In this document: positions 18,059 through 27,528 of the stretch, piece by piece | How the letters are laid out: every line of letters begins with the position of its first letter | How positions within the stretch are numbered: the stretch's first letter is position 1 | DNA from: a virus | Lineage: Duplodnaviria; Caudoviricetes | Length of the DNA: 38,133 bases | IMG/VR virus record: IMGVR_UViG_3300031836_000031 | Span: 1-38,133 of that record | Strand: one strand, 5' to 3' | Position numbers and translations under genes: made by a program | Notes under the pieces: model-generated | What the model saw: the letters and a program-made list of their open reading frames with translations, nothing else | Databases searched by the model: none | What the model was told of the DNA's origin: nothing

Positions 18059-19347
18059 TGCGCGAGACGTTGAAAATCACTGCCTACGACAAGACCCTCA
18101 AACGGGTCGGCTGGGTCGGTAACCCGATTTCGTGCACGTTCACTCAGCGCGACCTGGCGCAGGGCACCGGCTCGATCCTGCTCGGCCAGCGCGACCCGAT
18201 CCTTGAGCACCTGATGGCGCCGGGCGCGCGCCTCGTGGTCGAATACCGGGGCCTGCCGTTCATGTCGGGGCCGATCTGGGGCGCGTCGGGCTCGATCCTG
18301 AACGATAAGCCGGTCACGTTGCAGCTCCGGGATGATTGGATGCTCACCGAAACGCCCGCCTATGTCCGGCCGGCTGGCAGTATCATCGCCGCATCCCTGA
18401 CCGACCTCGCACAAGCGACCGTAACGGGCACAGCGGGGCCGTCTGGGACCGTAGAGGGGCAGGGCGGGTATTACAAGTGGCCCGCCGTTTCGTCGCGCGA
18501 GGCGGCCGTCAAAGCGATCCTGATTGAAAACCTCCGCGACCGGCTCGGCATCAACATTGTGGCCATGCCTGACCAGGGCCGCGGGGGCGCCGCGACCGAC
18601 CTGCCCCGTGTGCGGTTCTCCACTCTCGCGGATGCCGTAACCCCTGTGCTGCGCGCAGGCGGACTCACCCTGAAAATCTGGCAGGGTGCCGGTGACGATT
18701 TCCTTTCGCTCGACGTAGCCACGGTCACTGTGCGCCCGCAGGCGATGACAGCCGAATCGGGTGTGCTCAAGGGTGGCACATGGACGACGACGCCGCCGCA
18801 GGTCACCCGGGCGATCCTCGGCGGTCCCGGCGACATTGCCGCCCGATCGTTCTGGCCGCTCGTAGACACCTCACTGGAAACCGAGTGGGGCGTGGTTCTG
18901 GAGCGGTTCAAGGATGCGACCGGCGCGGGCCTCGAATGGACCAGCGGCACGAGTGACGCCCTCAAGGTAGCGAAATACTACCTTCTCAGCTCGAATGTGA
19001 CCGCGGCTGAGAAAGCCGACTATGTGGCCTACATGAGCGAAATTGCCGAAAATATGCTGCTCGACGGCCGCTCAACTTCGGGCCTGGCGATCGACCTGAG
19101 CGAAACGAAACGGTTCCATTTCGGTGGCACCGACGGCGTACAGCTCGGCGATTTGCTCACCGTGAAGGCTCAAGGCCGCACGTTTGCCGATAACCGTGTC
19201 ACCGAAGCGACCCTCACTCTCACGAAGTCGGGCGAGTTCACCGCGACTCCGTTTGTCGGCGAGCGGACCAACGACACCACCCAACGACTTGCCCAAGCAA
19301 TTGCCGCCGTAGCTCGGTCGCAACGCCGCAATATCACGAGTAGATAG
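18058..19347 (+). CDS. Baseplate hub / minor tail protein (ReqiPepy6 gp37-like)
   Basis: Synteny; TRAILGGPG...ERFKDA...QLGDLLTV motifs. Confidence 0.8.
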   Translation: MRETLKITAYDKTLKRVGWVGNPISCTFTQRDLAQGTGSILLGQRDPILEHLMAPGARLVVEYRGLPFMSGPIWGASGSILNDKPVTLQLRDDWMLTETPAYVRPAGSIIAASLTDLAQATVTGTAGPSGTVEGQGGYYKWPAVSSREAAVKAILIENLRDRLGINIVAMPDQGRGGAATDLPRVRFSTLADAVTPVLRAGGLTLKIWQGAGDDFLSLDVATVTVRPQAMTAESGVLKGGTWTTTPPQVTRAILGGPGDIAARSFWPLVDTSLETEWGVVLERFKDATGAGLEWTSGTSDALKVAKYYLLSSNVTAAEKADYVAYMSEIAENMLLDGRSTSGLAIDLSETKRFHFGGTDGVQLGDLLTVKAQGRTFADNRVTEATLTLTKSGEFTATPFVGERTNDTTQRLAQAIAAVARSQRRNITSR

Positions 19348-19357
19348 GATCATAGTT

Positions 19358-20389
19358 ATGGCCGTAATTAGCTGGGGTTACTCAGGCCCCCTGTATCAAG
19401 AAAACTGGGCACGTCTCGCGTCCCTCGGGGGCGACCGGTACAATGTCGGCCCCGAAACCAACCCGTTCGGCGTGGTCGCCATTTCGGGCAGCCGCCGTAT
19501 CTCTGTCGGCGCGGGCACCGCTCTCGCGTCGGGGGTGCTGTGCGAGCTTGCCACGATGGAAGTTATCGACCTGCCAGCCATCGACGCGGGCACCAGTCGG
19601 TTCTATCTCGCCGTACTCCGCCGCACCTGGGGTGAAAGTCCCGTGTCCACGCTGGAGCTGCTTTATGCCAGTGCGACCGCGAACGTGACCGTGCCGACGG
19701 CGCCGCCCGCATCGTTCCCCGAAACGTTCGCCTCAACGCCCGGCACGATGGACGACCAGCCCCTCGCGTGGGTCTGGTATAACGGCACCAATAACACCGT
19801 TGCTGTGTTCAAGCTCTCCGGGCTCACCAAAGAGAATGGCAGCGTGGGCAGCGAATGGGCACGTGACTATTTGTTCCCGAATCCTGTTCAAGGCAACCGG
19901 GTTTACCGGGCTGATTTGGGGTACGAAGAGGCATATTTCGGACTCTACAATGTGACCTCGAACCCGGGCGGGCGGGCCGCGGCGGGTTGGCTCGAAAGCA
20001 TTTTGCACGCCGAGTTCACAACCCTTTCCAATGGAAACCCTGATGGCAGCATTGCCGCCGGTTCTGTAACAAACGACCCGGCCATGTCTACGAATACGGC
20101 GTTTGCTACGGCAATCTCACAAGGGGTAAGGCTGACCACGCCCGGGCTGTATGCCCTCCACTGGCGGGCAAGCCTCGGCGCCTCCATGACGGGCCGCTCC
20201 TACCTCGCCATCGCCCCCACCTCGGGGGAGGTTGCCCGGTCGTCAGGTCAGACCGGCGAGGACACCACAACGGTGAGCATCCCAAACCTCTACATCACCG
20301 CGGCCACAGATGTGGTGTTCAACGGTTTCAAGACCACCGGTGGCAGCACGACCGTAACAGGCCGCATCCGGGTCACGAAGATTCGCTAA
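19358..20389 (+). CDS. Minor tail protein / fibre
   Basis: Synteny; YLAVLRRTW and DQPLAWV N-terminal domain; beta-rich C-terminus. Confidence 0.75.
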   Translation: MAVISWGYSGPLYQENWARLASLGGDRYNVGPETNPFGVVAISGSRRISVGAGTALASGVLCELATMEVIDLPAIDAGTSRFYLAVLRRTWGESPVSTLELLYASATANVTVPTAPPASFPETFASTPGTMDDQPLAWVWYNGTNNTVAVFKLSGLTKENGSVGSEWARDYLFPNPVQGNRVYRADLGYEEAYFGLYNVTSNPGGRAAAGWLESILHAEFTTLSNGNPDGSIAAGSVTNDPAMSTNTAFATAISQGVRLTTPGLYALHWRASLGASMTGRSYLAIAPTSGEVARSSGQTGEDTTTVSIPNLYITAATDVVFNGFKTTGGSTTVTGRIRVTKIR

Positions 20390-21177
20390 TGCCAACGAGC
20401 CTCAAGTCCTACGTTCTGAACGGCCCATCCACAGTAATTCTGTTTGACAAGCGCGACCCATACCAGTCGTGGGACCGGCACATGGCAAGCCCTGGCCGTG
20501 GCGGCGTGGACCTTGTGGCTGTCATTGGCACTCCGGTTTACGCGCCAACCTCAGGCCGCTGGATGCACCGAGCGAACAACGGCAGCGCGGGCAACTCGGG
20601 CGAATTCTTCCACGACGACAATCCGGGCTGGCGTGACGTTTTCAGCCACCTCAGCCGTTACGTCGGTGCCACCAACCAGCACTTCGAGCAGGGCGATGTT
20701 ATCGCATACACCGGCAATACAGGCGGCGTTGACCAACACCTACACCGGCACCTACTCGACCCGGCAGGTAATCGTCAGAACCCGTGGGACCACTTCTCAC
20801 GGTCAAGCCTGAGCGCGACCAACCAGACCGCGATCAAGCTCGACACTCCACTACCCGAGCTCAAGAAAGAAGACCTACCCATGGCCCGAAGTATCCGCAA
20901 CAGCTTGACCGGCACAATCGCACTCACCAACATCGACACCGGCCTATGGTGGGAGCTCCCCAACCTCGACTACGTGACCCTGCTCGACGCCCGCGGCATG
21001 TGGGATCGCACCAAAGACCTCGACGTAACCGACGACGAGTACCGGTTTTTCAAGGCTGTCGCTGAGAGCGCGCGCGGCACCAGTGTGACCGTCGTCAATC
21101 AGGCCGCTGCACAGATCGACGCGGCAACGATCGCGCAGGCCGTGGCGGAAAATCTGACCGCTCGGCTTGAATCGTGA
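20389..21177 (+). CDS. Endolysin, M23 peptidase
   Basis: GVDL...GTPVYAP, FSHLS and TGNTGG..HLH zinc-binding motifs. Confidence 0.85.
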   Translation: MPTSLKSYVLNGPSTVILFDKRDPYQSWDRHMASPGRGGVDLVAVIGTPVYAPTSGRWMHRANNGSAGNSGEFFHDDNPGWRDVFSHLSRYVGATNQHFEQGDVIAYTGNTGGVDQHLHRHLLDPAGNRQNPWDHFSRSSLSATNQTAIKLDTPLPELKKEDLPMARSIRNSLTGTIALTNIDTGLWWELPNLDYVTLLDARGMWDRTKDLDVTDDEYRFFKAVAESARGTSVTVVNQAAAQIDAATIAQAVAENLTARLES

Positions 21178-21302
21178 GCTGCCGTCACGCACCGGACAAT
21201 ACCTGCCCGTGCGGTCCGTCGTGCGACTCGTGCCAGCACTCTCAGGGCTCCGCGTCCATCCGGCCCGCGTAGTCACCCCTCACCCCGACCCTGAAAGTAC
21301 CC

Positions 21303-23381
21303 ATGTCTAAAACCACTGTCCTACTCGATTTCGGCTCTGGCCCATCTACGGTCGTACTCCCCGCCACGGTCTACATTCGCGCCGTGTCCATCTTCTCCAG
21401 CGGTACCAAAGTTATCCTGCCGGCGCCCGCTCCGGTACCGCTCAACGCTGACGGCCTCGGGAGTGTCGCCCTCGATGACGGCGTGGTCTGGGGGTTTATC
21501 GTCTCGGTCCCGTCATACCGGACGGCGGAAACTTACCGCTATGTGCACGCCTCAGATGCGGCTGTGCAGTATGCGGACCTCCTACCCGTTTCGGCGCCGC
21601 CGGCGAGTGAGGACGGCGTTCCAACATGGGTTAGCAGTGTGCTCGGCGCCGTTTCTTACACCCAGGACGCGGCCGAAAGTGCGGGTCTGTCGGCTGAGAG
21701 CGCGATCGAAACCCTGGCCGCGATCGCTCTGCAAGTCGAAGCGGCGGGCGCGATTCCGACCACCTCGGATGAGCTCATGGCTGCGGCTTTCGCCCTTGAG
21801 GGCGGGCTTTTCAAAAGCGACCTATCTAACACGATTGGTGTACAGGTAGCACCGGCACTCGGGCACAACCTAACTGACCCAACCAACGCGCACGCGGCAC
21901 GCGGCACTCTCGTTTCCATCCCGACCTACGAGGGGTCAGGGGTAGCCGTTCACCCCTCGGTCTACTTCAACCCCGAAGGCTGGGGCGGAAAGCGCTACTG
22001 GATGGCATTCACGCCATACTCGAACAGTAATAACCAGCTCGAAAACGCCTCGATCGTCTGCTCCGACGACGGCACCACATGGGCTGTTCCCGTGGGACTC
22101 ACGAACCCGGTAGGCCCGCTTATCACGGGAGGCTACAACTCCGACCCCAACCTGTTCGTAGACAAGCACGGCGTTATGTATCTCTTCTGGCGCGAGTACA
22201 TTTACAGCACCTATGAACGGCACGTCTTCAAGACCTCAGCGGATGGGGTCAACTGGTCGGCGAAAACCCTCGTGAGAGAAGACGACCCCGCAGTACGCCG
22301 CATTATGGCCCCGTCATATTTCCAACTCAAAGACGGCTCGTGGGTCATGTACGGCGTGGACATTCTCCCCTCACCTGCGCGTAAATATGTGCGCTCAACC
22401 GCTCCATCCGTGACCGGCCCCTGGTCTACGCCTACCATCTGTACTATCACAGGAAACTCGGGCGTGCCGTGGCATGTTGACATGCAACGTGTCGGCGGCG
22501 AATGGCAAGCGCTCGTAATGTCCAATGTGTCAGATGGCGCTGGCGGGGAACTTTACGCGATGGTGAGCCAAGATGGTTTGAATTTCACAGCCGGGCCATA
22601 CCTCATCACGCGCGGCACTCCGGGCAGCGACTGGGATGCAAGCTACTACAAATCATGTTTCGTCCCAGCAACACGGTACGGTCTGGCGGGCTGGGATGCG
22701 TGGGTTGGTGGTGCGACTTTCCCTGCATCGGGGCAGATCATTGGGCGAACGTTCATCGCATTCGACACGACGGCCGCGCAGGTTTCCGCAGCCGTTGCAG
22801 CGCTGCCCGTGGCGGCATCGGCCAAGACTCAAGAGGCACTGGCCGCACGTCTCGGGATGCCTCCGTGGATTGTCGCTGACACATTCGCACGCGCCGACGT
22901 AGGAAGCCTAACTGTGGCGGATACGGGGCAGACGTGGACCGCATCGGCTGGCACGTTCGGAATCGTGGCAAAGAGCGCCACTCCAACTGCTGCCACAAAT
23001 ACCCGCGCAGTTATCAGTACGGGTGTGACAGATTGTGCCGTAACAGTGGAAGTTACAGGGCCAAATTCTGACCAGCATTGGCTTATTGCCCGGTTCGTTG
23101 ATTCCAGCAACTACTACCGTTTCGGGATCGCGTCAGATGGTCGCCTTGCCCTGCAAAAGGTCGTGGCAGGTGGTGTTACTGATCTTGCAACAGTTCAGAC
23201 GATTGCTGCCGTGTCCGGGTCTGAACTCACGCTCAAATGTGTCGGATCAACTCTGACGGTATACATCAACGGCGTCCTGAAAGCCACTATCACGGATAGC
23301 ACGCTTGCAGGCACGCAGGCTGGGTTGCAGGCCAGCACGATCACGGCCAAATTTCGGAACTTCCGGGTACGCACGCCCTAG
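21303..23381 (+). CDS. Tail spike / receptor-binding protein with a beta-propeller (glycoside hydrolase-like) and C-terminal beta-sandwich
   Basis: VHPSV...YWMAFTPY...EN, Asp-box repeats SDDGTTW, SADGVNW and SQDGLNF, YNSDP; lectin-like C-terminus. Confidence 0.7.
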   Translation: MSKTTVLLDFGSGPSTVVLPATVYIRAVSIFSSGTKVILPAPAPVPLNADGLGSVALDDGVVWGFIVSVPSYRTAETYRYVHASDAAVQYADLLPVSAPPASEDGVPTWVSSVLGAVSYTQDAAESAGLSAESAIETLAAIALQVEAAGAIPTTSDELMAAAFALEGGLFKSDLSNTIGVQVAPALGHNLTDPTNAHAARGTLVSIPTYEGSGVAVHPSVYFNPEGWGGKRYWMAFTPYSNSNNQLENASIVCSDDGTTWAVPVGLTNPVGPLITGGYNSDPNLFVDKHGVMYLFWREYIYSTYERHVFKTSADGVNWSAKTLVREDDPAVRRIMAPSYFQLKDGSWVMYGVDILPSPARKYVRSTAPSVTGPWSTPTICTITGNSGVPWHVDMQRVGGEWQALVMSNVSDGAGGELYAMVSQDGLNFTAGPYLITRGTPGSDWDASYYKSCFVPATRYGLAGWDAWVGGATFPASGQIIGRTFIAFDTTAAQVSAAVAALPVAASAKTQEALAARLGMPPWIVADTFARADVGSLTVADTGQTWTASAGTFGIVAKSATPTAATNTRAVISTGVTDCAVTVEVTGPNSDQHWLIARFVDSSNYYRFGIASDGRLALQKVVAGGVTDLATVQTIAAVSGSELTLKCVGSTLTVYINGVLKATITDSTLAGTQAGLQASTITAKFRNFRVRTP

Positions 23382-23461
23382 TCGCAACCGAACAGACTCG
23401 CCCAGTATGCCGGGCAATTGTGCGCTAGGCTGACTGCACGCTAAGCAACTGGAAACAGAAC

Positions 23462-23499
23462 GCCCCCGCTCGATCTTCACGGATCAGCGGGGGCATTTT
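23462..23499 (+). terminator. Intrinsic terminator
   Basis: GCCCCCGCT-C-GATC-TTCACG-GATC-AGCGGGGGC-ATTTT. Confidence 0.75.
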
Positions 23500-23614
23500 C
23501 ATACCCCTACCAGCCGGGCAGGGTGGCCCGATAGTATAGGCGGTAACGCGGGCAACCAGCCCGGGCAACCGTAAGGCCCCGAATGCCAAACATCAGCACG
23601 ACAGGGCCTCTCTC

Positions 23615-24070
23615 GTGACCCGACTACAGCTCGCCGCAACGAAGCCCGTCCGACTGCTCGCCAGGGCATTCCTACTCATCGCAGAACCGCGCTGGGTGCG
23701 TGCGATCCAATCGGTGATCTACGTGCTCATGGGCATGGGAGGCGCGCTGATGCTCGTAGCCCCGCCTGAATCGTTTGTGCAGGCTCTCGGCGTCCCGCTC
23801 GTGGGAATGTTCAGCCTGTTCGTGATTGTCGGCGCCATGTTCGGTTTCGTCGCTGTACTTCCCGGCGTTTGGTGGCTGGAGCGTGCAGGGATTCTGTCAC
23901 TCGGCACCGGGCTGATCATCTACGGCGCCATCGTCATCTATTTGGGCTCGTCCTCTCTGGCGTCCGTCGTGACTGTCTCCCTCGCTTTGACGCTCGCGCA
24001 GCGCTGGACGTTGATTCGCGGCGCAGACCTTGCCCCGAAGAAAATCACGCCTGCGTGCGTGGCGGTGTGA
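23615..24070 (+). CDS. Membrane protein (4 TM), holin-like
   Basis: Four hydrophobic segments; in the lysis cluster. Confidence 0.65.
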   Translation: MTRLQLAATKPVRLLARAFLLIAEPRWVRAIQSVIYVLMGMGGALMLVAPPESFVQALGVPLVGMFSLFVIVGAMFGFVAVLPGVWWLERAGILSLGTGLIIYGAIVIYLGSSSLASVVTVSLALTLAQRWTLIRGADLAPKKITPACVAV

Positions 24071-24372
24071 CCCTTGAAACCATCGTTGGTCTACTCGGCA
24101 CCGGCGGCGGCGCCGTCGTCCTCGTCGCACTCATCACCGGATCGTTCAAGGTCCTTACGGGCCGTGCCGGCCGGGAGCGCGAAGATAACGCCTCGGCCGA
24201 GGGCCAACGAATACGGGCTGTAGAGGATCGGGATGCCGCCAATAAGCGCGCCGACCTGGCCGACCGTCACTCACGGCGCTCTCGGGAGTATGTGGCCCGG
24301 TTGCGCCGCCAATTGCTCGAAGCGGGTCACGAACCTATCGAAGACCCGAATCCTCCAACCTCAGAAAGTTAG
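24067..24372 (+). CDS. Membrane protein (1 TM plus coiled coil), lysis accessory
   Basis: GTGA overlap; N-terminal TM, charged coiled coil, LRRQLLEAG. Confidence 0.65.
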   Translation: MTLETIVGLLGTGGGAVVLVALITGSFKVLTGRAGREREDNASAEGQRIRAVEDRDAANKRADLADRHSRRSREYVARLRRQLLEAGHEPIEDPNPPTSES

Positions 24373-24379
24373 GCCCCAA

Positions 24380-24688
24380 ATGTCTATGTTTTTCGTTCAG
24401 ATAATCCGGTCGGTTGTGCCGATCATTGTCGGCTGGCTGGTAGGTCTGCTCGCCGCGGCCAGCGTCACCATTCCGGCAGAAACCGAATCGGCGCTGGTCG
24501 TGAGCGTTTCGACCCTCGCGGCATCGCTGTATTACATCGCGGTCGCCTGGCTGGAGCGCACCTATCCCGTGTTCGGCTGGCTGCTCGGCGTCGCGCGAAA
24601 CCCGGTCTATGCGGGTAAGCATGAAGCTGTCGTTACCGTTCCCGAGGGTGCGACCGTGAGCGTCGATACTGGCAGCGCGCGCCACTAG
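24380..24688 (+). CDS. Holin-like membrane protein (2 TM)
   Basis: IRSVVPIIVGWLV...YY...WLE...P.FGWLLG...PVY pattern typical of actinophage holins. Confidence 0.7.
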   Translation: MSMFFVQIIRSVVPIIVGWLVGLLAAASVTIPAETESALVVSVSTLAASLYYIAVAWLERTYPVFGWLLGVARNPVYAGKHEAVVTVPEGATVSVDTGSARH

Positions 24689-24698
24689 CTCCAAACCC

Positions 24699-24737
24699 CG
24701 AGAAGCCCCGTTCATATCAACAGAACGGGGCTTCTCG
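24699..24737. terminator. Bidirectional terminator between convergent operons
   Basis: Perfect 15-bp stem CGAGAAGCCCCGTTC / GAACGGGGCTTCTCG. Confidence 0.85.
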
Positions 24738-24780
24738 CATGCCTACAGCGTTTCAGCGGGCAGTTGCTCGGGTTGGCAGG

Positions 24781-25263
24781 TCAGGCGCTTAGGCGGGCGC
24801 GTAGCAGCTCTAGCACGTCGGGGCCGCCGTGGGCAAGGATGGCGCGAGCGTCGCGGATTGTGGCCGAGGCGGATGCCTTGCGCGTGATCGGTACGACGGG
24901 GCGCGGCTCTGGGGCGGGCTCATCATCACGGACGGCCCGCCATACGGTTGAGGCTTTGCCGGCGTCGGACGGACGGCGCTCATCAGTTGCTTTCACCCAG
25001 CCGGCCAGCTCCAGCTCGAACCGGCGCGTACTAGCCCCGGATCGCGTGTGTGGGACCAGGCCGCGGCGCAGCCGGGCGCGCAGCTCGTCGTCGGTGAGGG
25101 GGCCGGCGGCGAACAATGTCCAATAAATCCGGCGCTGGAGCTCGGCGGTTTTCCCGTTCGTTTGCGCGCTGGCCGCCTCCCACGAGGTGTCCCGATCGCG
25201 GGCGCGGACCTTCCCAGCGAGTTCTACGTGAGTAGCGGGGCCGCGCATGGCCGCGGTTTTCAC
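24781..25263 (-). CDS. Winged-helix DNA-binding protein
   Basis: GTGA overlap; DTSWEAA...GPLTDDEL...SGASTRRFELELAGWV...GKASTVWRA. Confidence 0.7.
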   Translation of the reverse strand: MKTAAMRGPATHVELAGKVRARDRDTSWEAASAQTNGKTAELQRRIYWTLFAAGPLTDDELRARLRRGLVPHTRSGASTRRFELELAGWVKATDERRPSDAGKASTVWRAVRDDEPAPEPRPVVPITRKASASATIRDARAILAHGGPDVLELLRARLSA

Positions 25264-25574
25264 AGCGCGACGACCGCGAGAATACTGCCGACGATCATGC
25301 CAACCGGGATTAGTAGGCCGAGGTCGGCCCACGGTGCGCGGCGGGGCGGGAGGATCGACGGCATGGCGCCGAATTGCTCGGGCTGGTATGGCACCGGTGC
25401 GCTGGTGCGCGGTACCGCGGCGACCGGGCGGCGCGAGGCGATCACGGGCACCGCGGCCGTGTTCGTGGTCACGCCCAGGCCGTCCCACCGGTCGAGCTGG
25501 GATAGGTCGGCGGGCATGGTCGGGGCGGCCTTTTCGATAATTCGATCGAGGCGGGTTTGCAGTGCGGTGCTCAT
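25260..25574 (-). CDS. Hypothetical protein with C-terminal TM anchor
   Basis: CGAAAGGG RBS; hydrophobic C-terminus. Confidence 0.7.
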   Translation of the reverse strand: MSTALQTRLDRIIEKAAPTMPADLSQLDRWDGLGVTTNTAAVPVIASRRPVAAVPRTSAPVPYQPEQFGAMPSILPPRRAPWADLGLLIPVGMIVGSILAVVAL

Positions 25575-25605
25575 GGTGTCCCTTTCGTGGGCGGTTGGTA
25601 TAGCC

Positions 25606-25647
25606 AACCTATGCCCTAACGGTTCACCGCGCAACTGCGCGCGCAAC
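25606..25647 (-). promoter_or_regulatory. Leftward promoter with tandem operators
   Basis: Minus strand TTGCGC-17 bp-TAGGTT; operators at 25622-25635 and 25634-25647. Confidence 0.65.
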
Positions 25648-26030
25648 TATTCGGCGGCCGGCACCACCCTAAACTCGACACGGCCATTCGCCTGCGTCAT
25701 AAGCTCACCCAGGAATGGCCCCTGCGCGGAGTCGGGCCAGCCGGCGAATTCGGGGAACGCCGCACGCCATCCGTCGCCGTCGGCGAAGCGGGGCAGCACG
25801 AGGCGGCCGTCGGGGTCGGTGTACGTGTCGAGGGCGCGCGCGAGCGCCAGGGAGCGATCGGCGAGCAATTCGGTTAGAACCTCTGTCGCGTGCTCAGGGA
25901 TCGGCCGCTGTCGGTTGGTGCGTTCGTACTTCCAGACGGTCTGAGCGGTGACGCCCATGCGGTCGGCGAGCCATTCGGTCGGCACGGCGAGGTATTCGCG
26001 GATGGTCTTTAGTTCGGCGTTCGTAGTCAT
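25647..26030 (-). CDS. XRE-type HTH regulator, Aca2/YdiL (DUF1870)-like
   Basis: MTTNAELKTIREYL...LADRMGVTAQTVWKYE...PIP HTH; 127 aa; C-terminal LVLPRF...AAFP...W layout resembles DUF1870 as I recall it; AGGAG RBS. Confidence 0.7.
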   Translation of the reverse strand: MTTNAELKTIREYLAVPTEWLADRMGVTAQTVWKYERTNRQRPIPEHATEVLTELLADRSLALARALDTYTDPDGRLVLPRFADGDGWRAAFPEFAGWPDSAQGPFLGELMTQANGRVEFRVVPAAE

Positions 26031-26066
26031 GGGGGCTCCTGGCCTTATCGGGTAGTGACGCTATAC

Positions 26067-26158
26067 AGCATAGCCCGGCCAAAGTTACGCAGGCAACCGC
26101 CGGCGCGACACGCCCGGGAGCGCGGGCAGTTGCGCCGGTAATTGCTGGGGTATAGTTT
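26067..26158. promoter_or_regulatory. Divergent promoter pair with operators
   Basis: Leftward TTGCCT-18-TATGCT with operator 26084-26097; rightward TTGCGC-17-TAGTTT (TATAGT at 26151) with operator 26129-26142; CGACACGCCCG at 26106-26116. Confidence 0.75.
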
Positions 26159-26188
26159 TACTACATACCCAGTCGAAAGGGGCACCAA

Positions 26189-26383
26189 ATGAACACGTCA
26201 CCCGAAACCCGCCGGATCATCCGGCTCGTCGCTACCGCCGCCGCAGTCCTCGGACTCGCGCTGATCGCCGCCATGTACATCACCGGCGGCACGGGATCAC
26301 TCGCCATCGTCCCGCTCATCAGCGGGGCACTCATCACCCACTGGTTTTTCGCTCCCAGATACAGCAATGGCCGGGCCGCATGA
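26189..26383 (+). CDS. Small 2-TM membrane protein
   Basis: CGAAAGGGG RBS; two hydrophobic helices. Confidence 0.7.
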   Translation: MNTSPETRRIIRLVATAAAVLGLALIAAMYITGGTGSLAIVPLISGALITHWFFAPRYSNGRAA

Positions 26384-26465
26384 CGCAGACCCGGCCAGTG
26401 CCATCGAAAGGGGACCGGGTAAAACCCGGGACCAATCCGCTCAGCATACAAGGAAAGCCGCTCAC

Positions 26466-27527
26466 ATGAAAACCCTCACCACCCTCAGTACTGGCAAGGA
26501 TCGCGGCCAGTGGCTCGAAGCGCGAAAGCCCGTCATCACCGCCACCCAGTGCGCGACCATCGTCGGCTCGCACCCGTACACAAAACTTGTGGACCTCTGG
26601 AACGAAAAGACAGACCCCGAGTATGCCGGCGAGGATCGGAACCGTTTCCTCGATGAGCGCGCCGCCCTCGGCAACGACCGCGAGGCGCCCATTCTCGTCT
26701 GGGCTGCCGAACGTCCCGAGCTCGGCACCGGCAAGCTCTACCCAAACAAAGAACTGGTAGCCAACCCCGACGACCTCACCCGGGCCTGTACCCCGGATGG
26801 TTTCAAGTACCGCCGTGGGTCTGACCGTCCGATCATCGTAGACGCGAAGACCACGCAGCAGAACTGGAACCGCACCGGCGGGATCGGCAAGCCGGTCGGC
26901 GTCCCGCAGCACACGATAGACCAGATGCTCTGGACGTACATGGTCACCAACGCCGTCGAGGTATGGCTGGCCGTCGAACAGTACACCTGGAGCAAAGGCA
27001 CCCCGACGCTGGTCGATACCCACCTGATTTTCGTCCCGTTCGACCAGGTACGCCTCGACTACATCTTGAAAAAGGTTGTCGAGTTTGAGGGGTGGATTGC
27101 CGAGCAGATCGCGCCCGAATCCGATATTGACGTGTTGCAAGGTTTCGAGGTCGAGTTTGACGACGACGCCGACACCATTACCCGCAAGGCAACCGAGGGC
27201 GCCGCGGCTGCCGCATTTGACGCGCTGCTCACCGAACTGGCCGAACGCCGCGAACGTGTGGCCGGCGACCTCACCGAAATCAAGGCGCTGGAGGATCAGA
27301 TCAAGGCGCTGCCGAAAGAGTACGCCGGCCGTCGTGTCCGTCTCATCGGCACCCGCATGGTCGCCGAACTCATCCGCGGCACCCGCAAGGTCGTGCATGA
27401 CGAGCTGATCGACCCCGACCAGTTGCGTGCCGCGACCGAGTACGTCGAATCCGAAACCGTAAAAATCACCGTCAACCCGACATATGCAGCCGTCCCGGCC
27501 GCCGTCGAAACCGAGCAGGAGAACTAA
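26466..27527 (+). CDS. YqaJ / lambda-exonuclease-like (RecE-type) exonuclease
   Basis: WLEARK..ITAT, GNDRE, ACTPDG, VDAKT and DQMLW PD-(D/E)xK motifs; adjacent to the SSAP gene. Confidence 0.88.
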   Translation: MKTLTTLSTGKDRGQWLEARKPVITATQCATIVGSHPYTKLVDLWNEKTDPEYAGEDRNRFLDERAALGNDREAPILVWAAERPELGTGKLYPNKELVANPDDLTRACTPDGFKYRRGSDRPIIVDAKTTQQNWNRTGGIGKPVGVPQHTIDQMLWTYMVTNAVEVWLAVEQYTWSKGTPTLVDTHLIFVPFDQVRLDYILKKVVEFEGWIAEQIAPESDIDVLQGFEVEFDDDADTITRKATEGAAAAAFDALLTELAERRERVAGDLTEIKALEDQIKALPKEYAGRRVRLIGTRMVAELIRGTRKVVHDELIDPDQLRAATEYVESETVKITVNPTYAAVPAAVETEQEN

Positions 27528-27528
27528 C

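Noticed and set aside
21303-23381. Diversity-generating retroelement target
   Set aside because: No reverse transcriptase gene and no template/variable repeat pair seen.
25048-25944. 298-aa plus-strand ORF
   Set aside because: Arg/Ser/Gly-rich shadow over three coherent minus-strand genes that have RBSs and promoters.
24781-26200. Lysogeny module / attP
   Set aside because: Divergent HTH genes are present, but I found no integrase, excisionase or parAB, so a temperate lifestyle is unsupported.
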